Shown: positions 1 to 9,286 of the stretch, piece by piece
How positions within the stretch are numbered: the stretch's first letter is position 1
Layout: every line of letters begins with the position of its first letter
Source of the DNA: Myxococcales bacterium
GTDB taxonomy: Bacteria > Myxococcota_A > Polyangia > Polyangiales > Houyiibacteriaceae
NCBI GenBank assembly: GCA_029861865.1
Contig: JAOTYL010000001.1
Span: 132,066 to 196,065 of the forward strand
DNA length: 64,000 nucleotides
Direction of reading: 5' to 3'
Made by a program: the position numbers and the translations under genes
The notes under the pieces: generated by a model
What the model saw: the letters and a program-made list of their open reading frames with translations, nothing else
The model's database searches: none
What the model was told of the DNA's origin: nothing

Positions 1-375
1 CCCCAGAGAGTTGGCGTTCGCGCCCCATGCGTTGGGTTGGTTCGCGCTGGCCCGCCCGACGGTGCGGTGGCCGTGAGGCGATTTCCTGCGCGAGTGATAC
101 GAGCGGTTCCAGGTTTTTCATGACCGCCTCGGCCGCTTCGTTGCCGAGGTAGAACGCCGTGGCCGTTCGCAGGTGCTTGTCGACGAAGGTGCGAAGTGGT
201 TCCCCCGATTGTGGAATCTCGTGCTCACGCGACATGTGACGCGCGCGATGCATGATCTGCAGACGTACGTCGGGTGCGGCGACCGCTTCTATCGCCTCGC
301 GGATGATGCGCGCGATCGGGCTCTCGTTCTCCACCGATCCCTCCTCGTCGTAGGGCGAACGCGACCGAGCTACCA
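1..375 (-). CDS. hypothetical protein, N-terminal 125 codons only (C-terminus lies beyond the window start)
   Basis: Minus-strand frame is open from ATG at 375-373 (MVARSRSPYDEEGSVENESPIARIIREAIEAV...) to position 1. GC-rich third positions. Absent from the ORF track because the window edge truncates it. No family recognised. Confidence 0.4.
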
Positions 376-461
376 TAACATCATAATATTACCGTGATTT
401 GGCTGGCGGTCCAAGCCGCCCACGGTGGCGCGGCGCTGGCGGTCCATGATACACGGCGAAC

Positions 462-1415
462 ATGCTCGTGGTGGGGGTCGACGAGAACGGTTTGGGGCCG
501 CGTCTGGGCCCCTTGGTTGCCACCTCGGTCGTTCTTGAGACGCCTGAATACCGGCGGGCCGCACTCTGCGGCCGGGGCCTCGATTTGGGCCTCACGGACA
601 GCAAGGAAACCGGCGGTTTCGGGCGAATGAGCTTCATCGAGTCAGTGGCTTTGGCCCTGCTCGGGTGGGCGGAGCACCCCCGCCGCATGGAAGCATCGGC
701 GCAAAGAGGGCTTCCATGTTCGGCCGACGATCTACTGGATCGCCTTTCGCCTGAGTCGAGAGTCGAGCTTCGGGCCTGCTGCCCGGATGACCAGACCGCA
801 GCCCAGTGCTGGGCCGTCGACCTTCCACTTCCGGCATTCGGCGGTGACCCGGCTCTCGGGGCGACCTTGCTCCGAAAGTTAGTCGGAAGGTCCAAGCTCA
901 GAGTCGTCGACGTGCAGAGCCGACTCGCCTGCGCAGGTATGTTGAATGCAAAGCACGCTGCCGGGCACAACAAGCTTACGGTCGACCTCGAGCTCTTTCA
1001 GGAGCTGATCCGTACAGTGCGCCAACTTCACGGAGGTTCTCTGTTGGTCATTTGCGGGATGGTCGGTGGCATTCGCGACTATTCGTCCCGCCTTCATCGG
1101 CTCCACCGAGATCGCGTCGACACCCTTCGAGGACGCCGCGGCCAGCGTCGATATGCCGTGGACGGGCTAGGTGAGATTCGTTTCGAAGTGGATGCCGACG
1201 CCCGCCATTTGCCCGTAGCCTTGGCGTCGATCGTCGGGAAATATCTGCGAGAGATATGCATGCTTCGGATCGGCGAATTCTATCGTCGTGACGTTCCGGG
1301 GTTGCAGCTTGCGAGCGGCTACCACGACCCGATTACGAGTCGGTTCATCGAAGAGACCCAACCCTCGCGCCATCATCTCGGGATCGTGAGCGACTGCTTT
1401 CAGCGACATGGGTGA
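462..1415 (+). CDS. divergent RNase HII-family protein (317 aa)
   Basis: VGVDENGLGPRLGPLV resembles the RNase HII DEAGRGxxxGP motif. TDSKE resembles the DSK motif. DADARHLPVALASIVGKYLRE resembles the C-terminal AD..AAASIxAKxxRD motif. The protein is about 100 aa longer than typical RNase HII. Confidence 0.6.
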   Translation: MLVVGVDENGLGPRLGPLVATSVVLETPEYRRAALCGRGLDLGLTDSKETGGFGRMSFIESVALALLGWAEHPRRMEASAQRGLPCSADDLLDRLSPESRVELRACCPDDQTAAQCWAVDLPLPAFGGDPALGATLLRKLVGRSKLRVVDVQSRLACAGMLNAKHAAGHNKLTVDLELFQELIRTVRQLHGGSLLVICGMVGGIRDYSSRLHRLHRDRVDTLRGRRGQRRYAVDGLGEIRFEVDADARHLPVALASIVGKYLREICMLRIGEFYRRDVPGLQLASGYHDPITSRFIEETQPSRHHLGIVSDCFQRHG

Positions 1416-1436
1416 CCTCCGTGTTAGAAAGCTTCC

Positions 1437-2573
1437 ATGACCGACCGTGACTCCGTGCCCCGCTGGTTGCTCTGGTTGACCGCGTCGGTGGCGACTGGCT
1501 GGCTCCTCTACACGCTCCGGGGCGTGCTGGCGCCATTCTTTTTCGCCTTTCTGATCGCGTACATGCTCGACCCGCTTGTCGATCGCATCGAAGCGATGCC
1601 GCTCCTGCGGAACAGCCGGATCGCACGCGGCACCGGCATTGCCGTTCTTCTGGTGGGCGTGTTCGCCGTGACCACCGTACTTCTGTTCGTCGTCGCGCCC
1701 ATGGTTTTCGAACAGATCTCGAATTTCGTGAAACGGCTTCCCGCTTTGCTCGAACGAAGCCGTGCCGAATGGGAGCCCTTGCTCGCCCAGTATGGGCTGA
1801 CGATGCCCACGTCGGTCGCTGAGGGCCTCGAGGAGCTGCACCTCGACTTCCAACAGATCGTCGCGAAGAGCTACACGCCGGTCTCGGCAGCGGTGAAATG
1901 GCTCCTCGGTGGCACCGTCTCTGCCTTGGGCGCGCTATTGGCTGCCTTGATCGTCCCGATCTTCGCCTTCTATCTCACGTACGACTTCGACAACATCATG
2001 GAGAGTCTGGCCAACTTCGTCCCACCGCGCCACCGACCACAGACATACTCATTCTTCCGCGACATCGATGCGGTGCTGGGTCAGTTCTTCCGCGGCCAGT
2101 TCACCGTCATGGCGATCCTAGCCGTCCTCTACAGCGTCGGCTACGGGCTGATCGGCGTCCCACTAGCTCTTCCTATCGGGATCATGGCAGGCTTACTTTC
2201 GTTCATTCCGTACGCGGGCAGTCTGACCGCGTTGGGCGCCGCTCTGCTGATGACCGCGCTCGACTGGCAGGGCTGGACACAGGTCCTCTGGGTCATCGGT
2301 GTCCACTTCACCATTCAAGGTCTCGAGGGGTTCGTGATCACCCCGAAGGTCATGGGCGACACCGTTGGGATATCGGCCATTGCGGTCATGTTCGCGTTGT
2401 TGGTTGGCGGCGAGCTCCTCGGGTTCACCGGTGTCTTGCTTGCAATCCCTGCGGCTGCAGTCGTCAAGATCCTCATTCAGCGCGCCGATGACCAATATCG
2501 CAGATCTCAGTTTTTCGTCGGTGGGGACGGGGCCTCTAGAGACGCTTCGGAAGACCAGAAACATCAAGTGTGA
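1437..2573 (+). CDS. AI-2E (PerM/UPF0118) family transporter
   Basis: 378-aa polytopic membrane ORF. LPIGIMAGLLSFIPYAGSL and the C-terminal LLAIPAAAVVKIL are typical of the family as I recall it. Confidence 0.8.
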   Translation: MTDRDSVPRWLLWLTASVATGWLLYTLRGVLAPFFFAFLIAYMLDPLVDRIEAMPLLRNSRIARGTGIAVLLVGVFAVTTVLLFVVAPMVFEQISNFVKRLPALLERSRAEWEPLLAQYGLTMPTSVAEGLEELHLDFQQIVAKSYTPVSAAVKWLLGGTVSALGALLAALIVPIFAFYLTYDFDNIMESLANFVPPRHRPQTYSFFRDIDAVLGQFFRGQFTVMAILAVLYSVGYGLIGVPLALPIGIMAGLLSFIPYAGSLTALGAALLMTALDWQGWTQVLWVIGVHFTIQGLEGFVITPKVMGDTVGISAIAVMFALLVGGELLGFTGVLLAIPAAAVVKILIQRADDQYRRSQFFVGGDGASRDASEDQKHQV

Positions 2574-3498
2574 CGGTGATTCGGCGCCCGTCGACCTCGA
2601 TCTGGGCCGACCGTGCGAGGTCGACGAGATAGGGTTCGACCGTTTCAGGCGGCGATTCGCTCCAGGCTGACATCAGCGCTGCATTGCGCCGAGCGGTTTC
2701 CGCATCGTTAACATCGATCATCACCTCGAGCGCCGTGGGTATCTTGGCGCGCGTGGTCAGGCCGAGGCTCTTGACACCGGTGAGGACCGAGGCTTGGTCG
2801 CCGAGAGTGCCGATGCGCTCGAACGCGGACTGCCAGCGGGGCGGGGCGACGAACACACCGGCGACGGCCGCACCCACCGCCACGCGCGACCAAATGTCTC
2901 GAAAGGCGGCTGCTTCTACCAACGATGGGGCCGCACCGCGCCGGACAGCCATGACCTCGGCGACGGTCTCGCGGGACCCGGTCACGACCGTGTAATCGTC
3001 CACCTGCGCCAGCGCGCTCGCACCATCACGGCTCCTCAGCAGCGGTCCCATCGGAGTCGCGATCCGGTCGATCGCGCTCCCTCGTGCCTCGACCAAGCTC
3101 CGGTAGCATTGCGCAATGGTTTCGGCGTCCGCCGTGCGTCCGCGCAACAACAGTCCGACTGACTGGAAAGGCTCGCCCTCGGGGCCGCCAACCCAAACGG
3201 TCGCATCACGGAGCGCAGCAAGTGGGGCGAGTCCGCATCGGGCTTCGATTTCGCTCAAGCGTTCCGCCGGCACTAGCCAGTCGAAAAGTGCGCGGGCGGA
3301 TTGGCTATCGGCAAGCTCGACGGCGTCGATCCGAAGGACGGCGCACGCGGTCTTGGGAAGCTCGCGGAGAGCTTGGTTGGCTCGCAACGTTCTCCCGTGC
3401 TCGATGATTGCATACAACAGGACGACGGTCGCGATCGAAGCCGCCCCCGCCACTTTCGTCGATCGAGACACGAGCAGAGCGTAGGAAGTTCTTTTCAC
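2536..3498 (-). CDS. hypothetical membrane-anchored protein
   Basis: 320-aa ORF with a basic N-terminus followed by one hydrophobic helix (AGAASIATVVLLYAII). No family recognised. Its 3' end overlaps the convergent AI-2E gene by 38 bp. Confidence 0.5.
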   Translation of the reverse strand: MKRTSYALLVSRSTKVAGAASIATVVLLYAIIEHGRTLRANQALRELPKTACAVLRIDAVELADSQSARALFDWLVPAERLSEIEARCGLAPLAALRDATVWVGGPEGEPFQSVGLLLRGRTADAETIAQCYRSLVEARGSAIDRIATPMGPLLRSRDGASALAQVDDYTVVTGSRETVAEVMAVRRGAAPSLVEAAAFRDIWSRVAVGAAVAGVFVAPPRWQSAFERIGTLGDQASVLTGVKSLGLTTRAKIPTALEVMIDVNDAETARRNAALMSAWSESPPETVEPYLVDLARSAQIEVDGRRITVTLDVSGLPKRL

Positions 3499-3528
3499 CT
3501 AGCAAGCGCTCGTGCTAACGCGTGCACC

Positions 3529-4224
3529 ATGCCATGGCGCCGTATGCGGCTGCGCAATGCCGAAGTGTTCGCTCGTTGCGACGACCGGGGGGAGCTCGCC
3601 TCCGACGGCGGGCGCGTCGAAATTCGCTACAAACCCGATGATGGGCGCGCCTACTTTGCTGGCATTTCGAACCTGAGCCCCTCCGAGGGGCCCACTCGGA
3701 TCGAACCAGACTCGTTTTGCGGCGAAGCCGAACCCGCCCAGCCCAGGCAGAAATCTTCCAAGAAGAAAGCTGGGATCGTGCACGCGCCACACAAACCCGA
3801 GGGTGATGAGCTCTTGGTGTACGCCGACGGGGCATGTAGCGGCAACCCGGGTCCCGCTGGCGTCGGAGTGGTCGCGCTTTGGGACGACCAACGCCGTGAA
3901 CTCAGCGAGTACATCGGCGAGGCCACGAACAACATCGCCGAGCTCACCGGCGTCCTTCGCGCAATCCAGTTGGCGCATGAGCTGAACAGACCGCTTCGCC
4001 TATACACGGACTCCAAGTACGCGATGGGTGTGTTGACCCAGGGTTGGAAAGCCAAAGCGAACAAAGAGCTCATCGCCGAGATCCGAGAGTGGCTCGAGGG
4101 CCACCCCGACACGGAGCTATTTCACGTGCGTGGTCATCAGGGGGTCGTGCTCAACGAAGTGGCGGACGAGCTCGCCGTGCAGGCTGTGACGAGTCGCGCG
4201 TCTAAGGGTTGGATATCTCGTTGA
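3529..4224 (+). CDS. rnhA: ribonuclease HI with about 85-aa N-terminal extension
   Basis: RNase H motifs YADGACSGNPGPAGVGVV, TNNIAELTG, LYTDSKY and HVRGHQGVVLNEVADELA. ATG 3529 is chosen because the longer ORF from 3301 overlaps the divergent gene. Confidence 0.8.
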   Translation: MPWRRMRLRNAEVFARCDDRGELASDGGRVEIRYKPDDGRAYFAGISNLSPSEGPTRIEPDSFCGEAEPAQPRQKSSKKKAGIVHAPHKPEGDELLVYADGACSGNPGPAGVGVVALWDDQRRELSEYIGEATNNIAELTGVLRAIQLAHELNRPLRLYTDSKYAMGVLTQGWKAKANKELIAEIREWLEGHPDTELFHVRGHQGVVLNEVADELAVQAVTSRASKGWISR

Positions 4225-5137
4225 GCCGACGGGCGACCTCTTTCAATGGCACGAGCTCGTAGCCGGCCTGCCGAATCATGGTGATCACACCGCGTATCAC
4301 CGAGATTTTGTCGGCAGCCGGTCTCTTCAGATCAGGTCGGTGGGGCGCGAGGGCCTGCAGGCCGTCGATCGCGAGGTCGGCGACGTCGAATCCATGGAGC
4401 TCCAAGTGGATGAAGTCTCGACCGAGCATCTGGCGGGTCAGCGCTCTTGCACCTCGGACACCCCCCAAGACGAGTGATGTGCCTATGTATGGAAGGCCCC
4501 AACGTGTCACCCCGATCGGCAGCTCGAGCAGACCCGTGCCCTCGCGCCAATACGGTCGCCCCACTCGATACGGTTGCTTCGGAGACCGCAATACCGAGGG
4601 CGTATCGACGATGCTCTGGCTTCTTCTACCCCTGAGCGCCATCAGGCCGAGCACCGAAACCTTCGTCGCGTAGTAGCTCGGACACGGAAAGACGCTCGAA
4701 TCGTACTCGACCTCCGATGCTTCGAGGCGGTCGAAAATTGTGTCGTTGACGGTGTAGCCGGGAGCTCGGAAGCCCACGGGATGAGCGCCGCACGCCTCGT
4801 GAATGGCCGACGCACCGAGGTCGATGTCTTCATGGATCTCCTCGGCAGAACGACGACTCAGATCGTAGTGGTGATGAAAAGAGTGATTCCCGATCTCGTG
4901 GCCTGCTGCGTGCAGAGAGGCGAGGATCTCACGGTTGCGCGTCCGCTCGAGGTCGGAGCCGATGGCGAAGAAGGTGGCGCGGATCGACTCCGCATCGAAG
5001 AGCTCCGCCAATCGAGGAACGCAGCGGTCATAAACGGCGTGGAGCATAGGGCCCTCCGCGATCTCAACGCCGTGGATGGCGCCGTAGCAACCCACCTCAT
5101 CCAGATCGACCGATATTGATGCGAGCTTTGGCATCAC
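4202..5137 (-). CDS. polysaccharide deacetylase (NodB homology) family protein
   Basis: SVDLDE... and GHEIGNHSFHHH metal-binding motifs. The start (GTG 5137 or ATG 5134) overlaps the stop codon of the upstream GT2 gene. Confidence 0.8.
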   Translation of the reverse strand: MMPKLASISVDLDEVGCYGAIHGVEIAEGPMLHAVYDRCVPRLAELFDAESIRATFFAIGSDLERTRNREILASLHAAGHEIGNHSFHHHYDLSRRSAEEIHEDIDLGASAIHEACGAHPVGFRAPGYTVNDTIFDRLEASEVEYDSSVFPCPSYYATKVSVLGLMALRGRRSQSIVDTPSVLRSPKQPYRVGRPYWREGTGLLELPIGVTRWGLPYIGTSLVLGGVRGARALTRQMLGRDFIHLELHGFDVADLAIDGLQALAPHRPDLKRPAADKISVIRGVITMIRQAGYELVPLKEVARRLNEISNP

Positions 5138-5958
5138 TTTCTGAACCGGATCGTGATGAACAGCTTAGCGAGGTTTCGCAAGACGTTGGGAACCCGCCGC
5201 ACTAAGCCTACCGTCGGGGGGCGCTTTTCGAGGACCCGCACCGGAATTTCCCGCACGTCGAGGCCTGCACGCTGCGCCCGTATCACGAGCTCGGAGGCGA
5301 ACAGGTCTCGATCGACGAGACAGGCCTCGACGATCGGCTGAAGCTTGGCCCGGCGGAACGCCTTGAGCCCGTGGGTGTCGGTTCCCCGGAAGCCGAGCGT
5401 CAGGCGTAGGAGGCCGTTGATGATGTGTGTCCCGAGTCGACGAAACAGGGGTCGTTCGTCGCTCGCACCCTTCATGGCCTTCGACCCTACGACCAAATCG
5501 ACTGGCTCCGTTTCGAGCAAAAGGAGTGCTCGCTTAAGAAAATCCATATCGCAAAGATCAATTTCTTCGCAAATCACGATCTCGCCTTTCGCATCGAGGA
5601 TGCCGTCGCGAAGCGCTTTGCCGTAGTTCGGTTCGTCGGTATGCCGAAACCGCACCTGCCCGAGGCGTGCGCCGAGCTCCTTCACGACGTCCACGGTTCC
5701 ATCCGTCGAGCCGTTTTCGGCGACGATGATCTCGTATGGCCTCCCAAAGTCACTGAGCCGATCGAGCAAGTCGAGGATCGCGGCGTGGAGGATCGCCTCC
5801 TCGTTGTAAACGGGGATGACGATGGACACATACGGTTCGGCGCGTGACTCGACCACGGGAGGGCGCGGCAATGTCTTACGCGCGCACCCGGACGTCAAGC
5901 CAAGCGGCAGATAATTGCATGGGCGCGGTCTAGCGTGACGGGCAGCGGCCCGAGGCAA
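5134..5958 (-). CDS. family 2 glycosyltransferase (polyprenyl-phosphate sugar synthase-like)
   Basis: VSIVIPVYNEE...AENGSTDGT is a GT2 signature, with an acidic EEIDLCD motif. Start is uncertain: ATG 5958 overlaps manA by 64 bp, and GTG at 5855 is an alternative. Confidence 0.8.
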   Translation of the reverse strand: MPRAAARHARPRPCNYLPLGLTSGCARKTLPRPPVVESRAEPYVSIVIPVYNEEAILHAAILDLLDRLSDFGRPYEIIVAENGSTDGTVDVVKELGARLGQVRFRHTDEPNYGKALRDGILDAKGEIVICEEIDLCDMDFLKRALLLLETEPVDLVVGSKAMKGASDERPLFRRLGTHIINGLLRLTLGFRGTDTHGLKAFRRAKLQPIVEACLVDRDLFASELVIRAQRAGLDVREIPVRVLEKRPPTVGLVRRVPNVLRNLAKLFITIRFRK

Positions 5959-6968
5959 GGTGGAAGAGCAGCAGTTTGGCCCCGCGGGACTTCGAGCTCG
6001 GTTTCAACATCGCCGATGACGACGCGCCCTCCGAGCACCGTGAGCGAACGCAGCTTGTCGCTTGCTGGCAGGGTGACGCGTCCGCTGCCGCTCAGTCGGC
6101 TCGCCCGGAAGACGGCTGAACGGAGAGGCCCCTGCTCGGAGATCAGTGCTTCGAGCTCAGCCTTCCCTTCGATCGTGGCTGGGCCCGCGTGGTGGCGGAT
6201 CTTCTCGAGAAGTGAGCCTTCGCGTGGACCCTGCCATCGCGTCACGTCGAGGGCGCGCTCCAGGTGAAGCGTCCGTGGCGCCCCCGCGGGATCTCGATTC
6301 CCATCGGCATCGTATCGGCGATTCCAGTCCCAGTACCGGTAGGTGATTCCGCGCTTTGCGGGAGACACTCGTTGCGGCTCGAGCAGAATGACGCCTCGGC
6401 CGACTGCGTGTGGCGTCCCAGGCTCGATGACAAACACGTCGCCAGCGGAAACAGGCACGAACTGCATCAAGGCGCTGACGTCGTTTTCCTGCTCGATCGC
6501 CTCTCGAACATCGTCGCGCGACACGCCTTCCAAGAATCCGAGATAGAGTCCGGAGCTCGGTTCGGCGTCGATGATGTACCAAGCCTCGGGCTTTCCGCTT
6601 TCATCAGAGGCAAGCGCTGGATCGGAGTCTTCGGGATGAATCTGCACCGAGAGATCGTCGGCGGCATCGAGGAGCTTGACGAGAAGCGCGGTCGACCCCA
6701 GCGACGACTCAGCGCCGAGCAGAGCCGGTGGGTCAGAACGCAAGACCTCATCGAGGGTCGGCCCGTCGACCAGTCGGCTCGGAAAGTCCGGTTCGACCGA
6801 GAGCTCCCACGCTTCACCCACTACCTCCCCATGGGTCCCCCCAAGCTGACTCTTCAAATCTCGTACGATTCTCTTCCCGCCCCAGGGAGTCCGTTCGGGT
6901 GGCGTGAAATTGTCGGGGCGGAGGAGCAGCGGCTTCCGCCAGTTTTTTGGACCTACTTTATCCCACAT
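5895..6968 (-). CDS. manA: mannose-6-phosphate isomerase, type I
   Basis: 357 aa. TPWGGKRI N-terminus, cupin metal motif LSVQIHPED, EAWYIIDAEP, and a second His region GTPHAVG. Confidence 0.75.
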   Translation of the reverse strand: MWDKVGPKNWRKPLLLRPDNFTPPERTPWGGKRIVRDLKSQLGGTHGEVVGEAWELSVEPDFPSRLVDGPTLDEVLRSDPPALLGAESSLGSTALLVKLLDAADDLSVQIHPEDSDPALASDESGKPEAWYIIDAEPSSGLYLGFLEGVSRDDVREAIEQENDVSALMQFVPVSAGDVFVIEPGTPHAVGRGVILLEPQRVSPAKRGITYRYWDWNRRYDADGNRDPAGAPRTLHLERALDVTRWQGPREGSLLEKIRHHAGPATIEGKAELEALISEQGPLRSAVFRASRLSGSGRVTLPASDKLRSLTVLGGRVVIGDVETELEVPRGQTAALPPCLGPLPVTLDRAHAIICRLA

Positions 6969-7014
6969 GTAAGCTCGCTCTGAATCCTATGGTAGCGCCC
7001 AAGGGAGGTTTGAG

Positions 7015-7332
7015 ATGGGCTATTTGGGCAAGGAACGCCGAATTCATCGTGTCTTCGTAACCCGGAACAGCGAATACCACGTTCGCCGTAATGTGTGTGT
7101 CGGGGTCCGAGATCGCCGTAGTGGGGAATGGCTGGCCGGTCATCTCGCCCTTCGAAGCACGGTCTCTGGGGGGCTGAAGTTTCACGATAACGGTGCGATC
7201 AGTGCTTCGGAAGGGCTACCCAGCGTTGGCGAGTCGCTTTTCTTCATCGCGGCAGGTCGTGATTTGATCACGAGCCCCGTCCTCAACGTTCAGCGTCCCG
7301 CACGGCAGGTGGTTCACAGCTACCCCATGTAA
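7015..7332 (+). CDS. hypothetical protein (105 aa)
   Basis: ATG-initiated ORF in an otherwise empty intergenic gap with GC3-rich codons. No family recognised. Confidence 0.4.
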   Translation: MGYLGKERRIHRVFVTRNSEYHVRRNVCVGVRDRRSGEWLAGHLALRSTVSGGLKFHDNGAISASEGLPSVGESLFFIAAGRDLITSPVLNVQRPARQVVHSYPM

Positions 7333-7366
7333 GCTGCGACAACGGCGTGGTGCTATATCCTCCGTC

Positions 7367-7768
7367 GTGTCGTCCGAGCGGAAAACCATTCGCGTCGTGG
7401 CCGCCCTGGTGGAGCGCGGTGGTCGCTACCTGATCACCCAGCGCCGCGAAACCGCTGTGCTCCCACTCCTTTGGGACTTCCCCGGTGGCCGCGTCGAGGA
7501 AGGCGAGAGCGATGAAGCGGCGCTCGCCCGCGAAGTCATGGAACGTCTTGGGGTGAGCGTGGACGTCGGTCAGCTAATCTCGTTCGTCAACCACCCTTAC
7601 GAGAAATATGCGGTGGACCTCTACTTGTACGAATGCACGCTTCGAAGCGACCGCCTCAGCTGTCGCGCCGTCAAAGACTACGCTTGGGTGGCCTCAGACG
7701 AGATGGAAAAGTACTCTTTCACGCCCGTCGACGAAGCCTCGATGACCAAGCTCCTCGGCGAAGGCTGA
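7367..7768 (+). CDS. mutT: NUDIX hydrolase, MutT-like
   Basis: Nudix box GGRVEEGESDEAALAREVMERLGV in a 133-aa protein. Confidence 0.8.
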   Translation: MSSERKTIRVVAALVERGGRYLITQRRETAVLPLLWDFPGGRVEEGESDEAALAREVMERLGVSVDVGQLISFVNHPYEKYAVDLYLYECTLRSDRLSCRAVKDYAWVASDEMEKYSFTPVDEASMTKLLGEG

Positions 7769-7802
7769 ACCCAACGGGCCTGACATCGTCGCCCGGATCC
7801 GC

Positions 7803-7834
7803 GTAGTTTGCGCGAGAGAAGATCCGCAAACTAC
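7803..7834. terminator. 10-bp perfect inverted repeat between convergent mutT and PilZ genes
   Basis: GTAGTTTGCG (7803-7812), a 12-nt loop, then CGCAAACTAC (7825-7834). No U-tract. Overlaps the PilZ-gene stop codon. Confidence 0.35.
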
Positions 7835-8706
7835 ACGTCGTAGAACATCGGGGGGCGCTGCCGGACAAACCGCAGCGCCAGCTCGCGCGCTTCGTTCGGG
7901 AGCCCTTCGAATTGGATGCCCATTCCCGGTTCGGATTCCGAGGCGAAATCCATTGGGTCGCGCACGAAGCGCACGTACCCCTCGCACTCGAACTCGAAGC
8001 CGCCGGGTAGCGTGACGAGCATCGACACGGAAGTATCCTTGGCAAGCGCCTCGTAGGTCGCGAGAAAAACGCCGCCATGAGCGATCTCGCCACTGAAACC
8101 GACATAGAAGTTGGACTGCGTCGTGGCGCCGAGATTGGCTTCGACGCGACGTCGTTGGCCCTTCGGCAGGGGCGCTGGCGGGGGCAGCATCGAGGGCGGG
8201 ATGACCTTTCGCTCAGGCGCTCTGGGCCGCGGTGAAGAGCTCGGCTTTCTAGACAGAGGCTTCTTCGGCGCCGGGCGCTCCGAAGGACGCACGCTCGCTG
8301 GCGGCTGACTCGAGGCTCTCGCTGGCGCAGGCGAGGAGCTCGGGGGACGGTCTGAGCTCCCCTTCGGCTCGGGCCGCGTGCTCGGCTTGTTGGTGAGCGG
8401 AAACAAGATGCTGATCACGTCGGCGATGTTTTCGGTCGCCGTCAGTACGCCATCGTGCTGGCTCTTGACGTCTTGGAGGAGCGCCAGAGTTTGACTGAGT
8501 GTGCCGAGGGCGCTCTTCACGCAAGTCTTGCCGTCCGGTTCGGTCGAGGCGTGCTCTGCTTCGAAGAGCGCCCGGATCGCTTGTGCGACGTTCTGGGTGA
8601 TAGCGAGGACTTCCTCCGGAACGTCAGCTTCCTGCTGCAGCACCTCAAGCGCTTTGCCAAGCGATTCGCGAGCGTTCCGTGCGTCATCCGCCCCTGAGTA
8701 ACCCAT
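7831..8706 (-). CDS. PilZ-domain protein (helical N-domain, Pro/Ser-rich linker, C-terminal PilZ)
   Basis: The C-terminal RRRVEANLG...FYVGFSGEIAHGGVFLATYE...GMGIQFEGLPNEARELALRFV looks like the TIGR02266-type PilZ domain, from recall. Confidence 0.65.
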   Translation of the reverse strand: MGYSGADDARNARESLGKALEVLQQEADVPEEVLAITQNVAQAIRALFEAEHASTEPDGKTCVKSALGTLSQTLALLQDVKSQHDGVLTATENIADVISILFPLTNKPSTRPEPKGSSDRPPSSSPAPARASSQPPASVRPSERPAPKKPLSRKPSSSPRPRAPERKVIPPSMLPPPAPLPKGQRRRVEANLGATTQSNFYVGFSGEIAHGGVFLATYEALAKDTSVSMLVTLPGGFEFECEGYVRFVRDPMDFASESEPGMGIQFEGLPNEARELALRFVRQRPPMFYDV

Positions 8707-8759
8707 CGTCGATTTCCCCCGCTTGCCTCGCTCTCAGAATACCGGGAGTCGTGCGTAGG

Positions 8760-9197
8760 TCAAAGCTCCTTGACGAATACGATCCTAGACCGCCCAGGGC
8801 CAGCGTAGTCAGGCACTTCGGTGCTCTCGAAGCCCATCGACTCGTGAAATCTGACCGGTCCTTCGTGGCCCTCGGCCGCGAGCGATTTGATGCGCTTCAT
8901 GCCCCCGGCTCTGCAGCGCTCCGCGAATTGCTCGTAAAGCCTCTTTCCAACGCCTCGGCGCCGGTGGTCCGGGTGAATCCCGACCAGATGAACGTATCCA
9001 CTGGCCGCTGGAGCGGGAATCATCACACCCAAGAGAAAGCCGATGACTTGTCCATCCTCCTCCGCGACGAGCGCGTGCTCGCCGAACTCGTAGAAGAACA
9101 TGGGATCGGCACGTTGCCCGGCGGGCCCACCCCACCATTGGTCAAGCACCGAGATGATATAGTCGAAGTCGACTTTGGTAAGACCCCTGATCTCCAT
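8760..9197 (-). CDS. GNAT family N-acetyltransferase
   Basis: Acetyl-CoA motif A, HPDHRRRGVGKRLYEQF, in a 145-aa protein. Confidence 0.8.
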   Translation of the reverse strand: MEIRGLTKVDFDYIISVLDQWWGGPAGQRADPMFFYEFGEHALVAEEDGQVIGFLLGVMIPAPAASGYVHLVGIHPDHRRRGVGKRLYEQFAERCRAGGMKRIKSLAAEGHEGPVRFHESMGFESTEVPDYAGPGRSRIVFVKEL

Positions 9198-9286
9198 CGC
9201 CCGGGAGAGCGGATATCACGAACGCAACCAAAACGCACGAGCCCGATCGGGGGAGGGCTTCAGCCGGTGAGCCCTCGACACCGCGC

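Noticed and set aside
173-973. Track ORFs 173-397 (+), 370-564 (-) and 389-973 (-).
   Set aside because: They overlap better-supported genes (the edge-truncated minus-strand ORF at 1-375 and the RNase HII-like gene) and show low-complexity composition.
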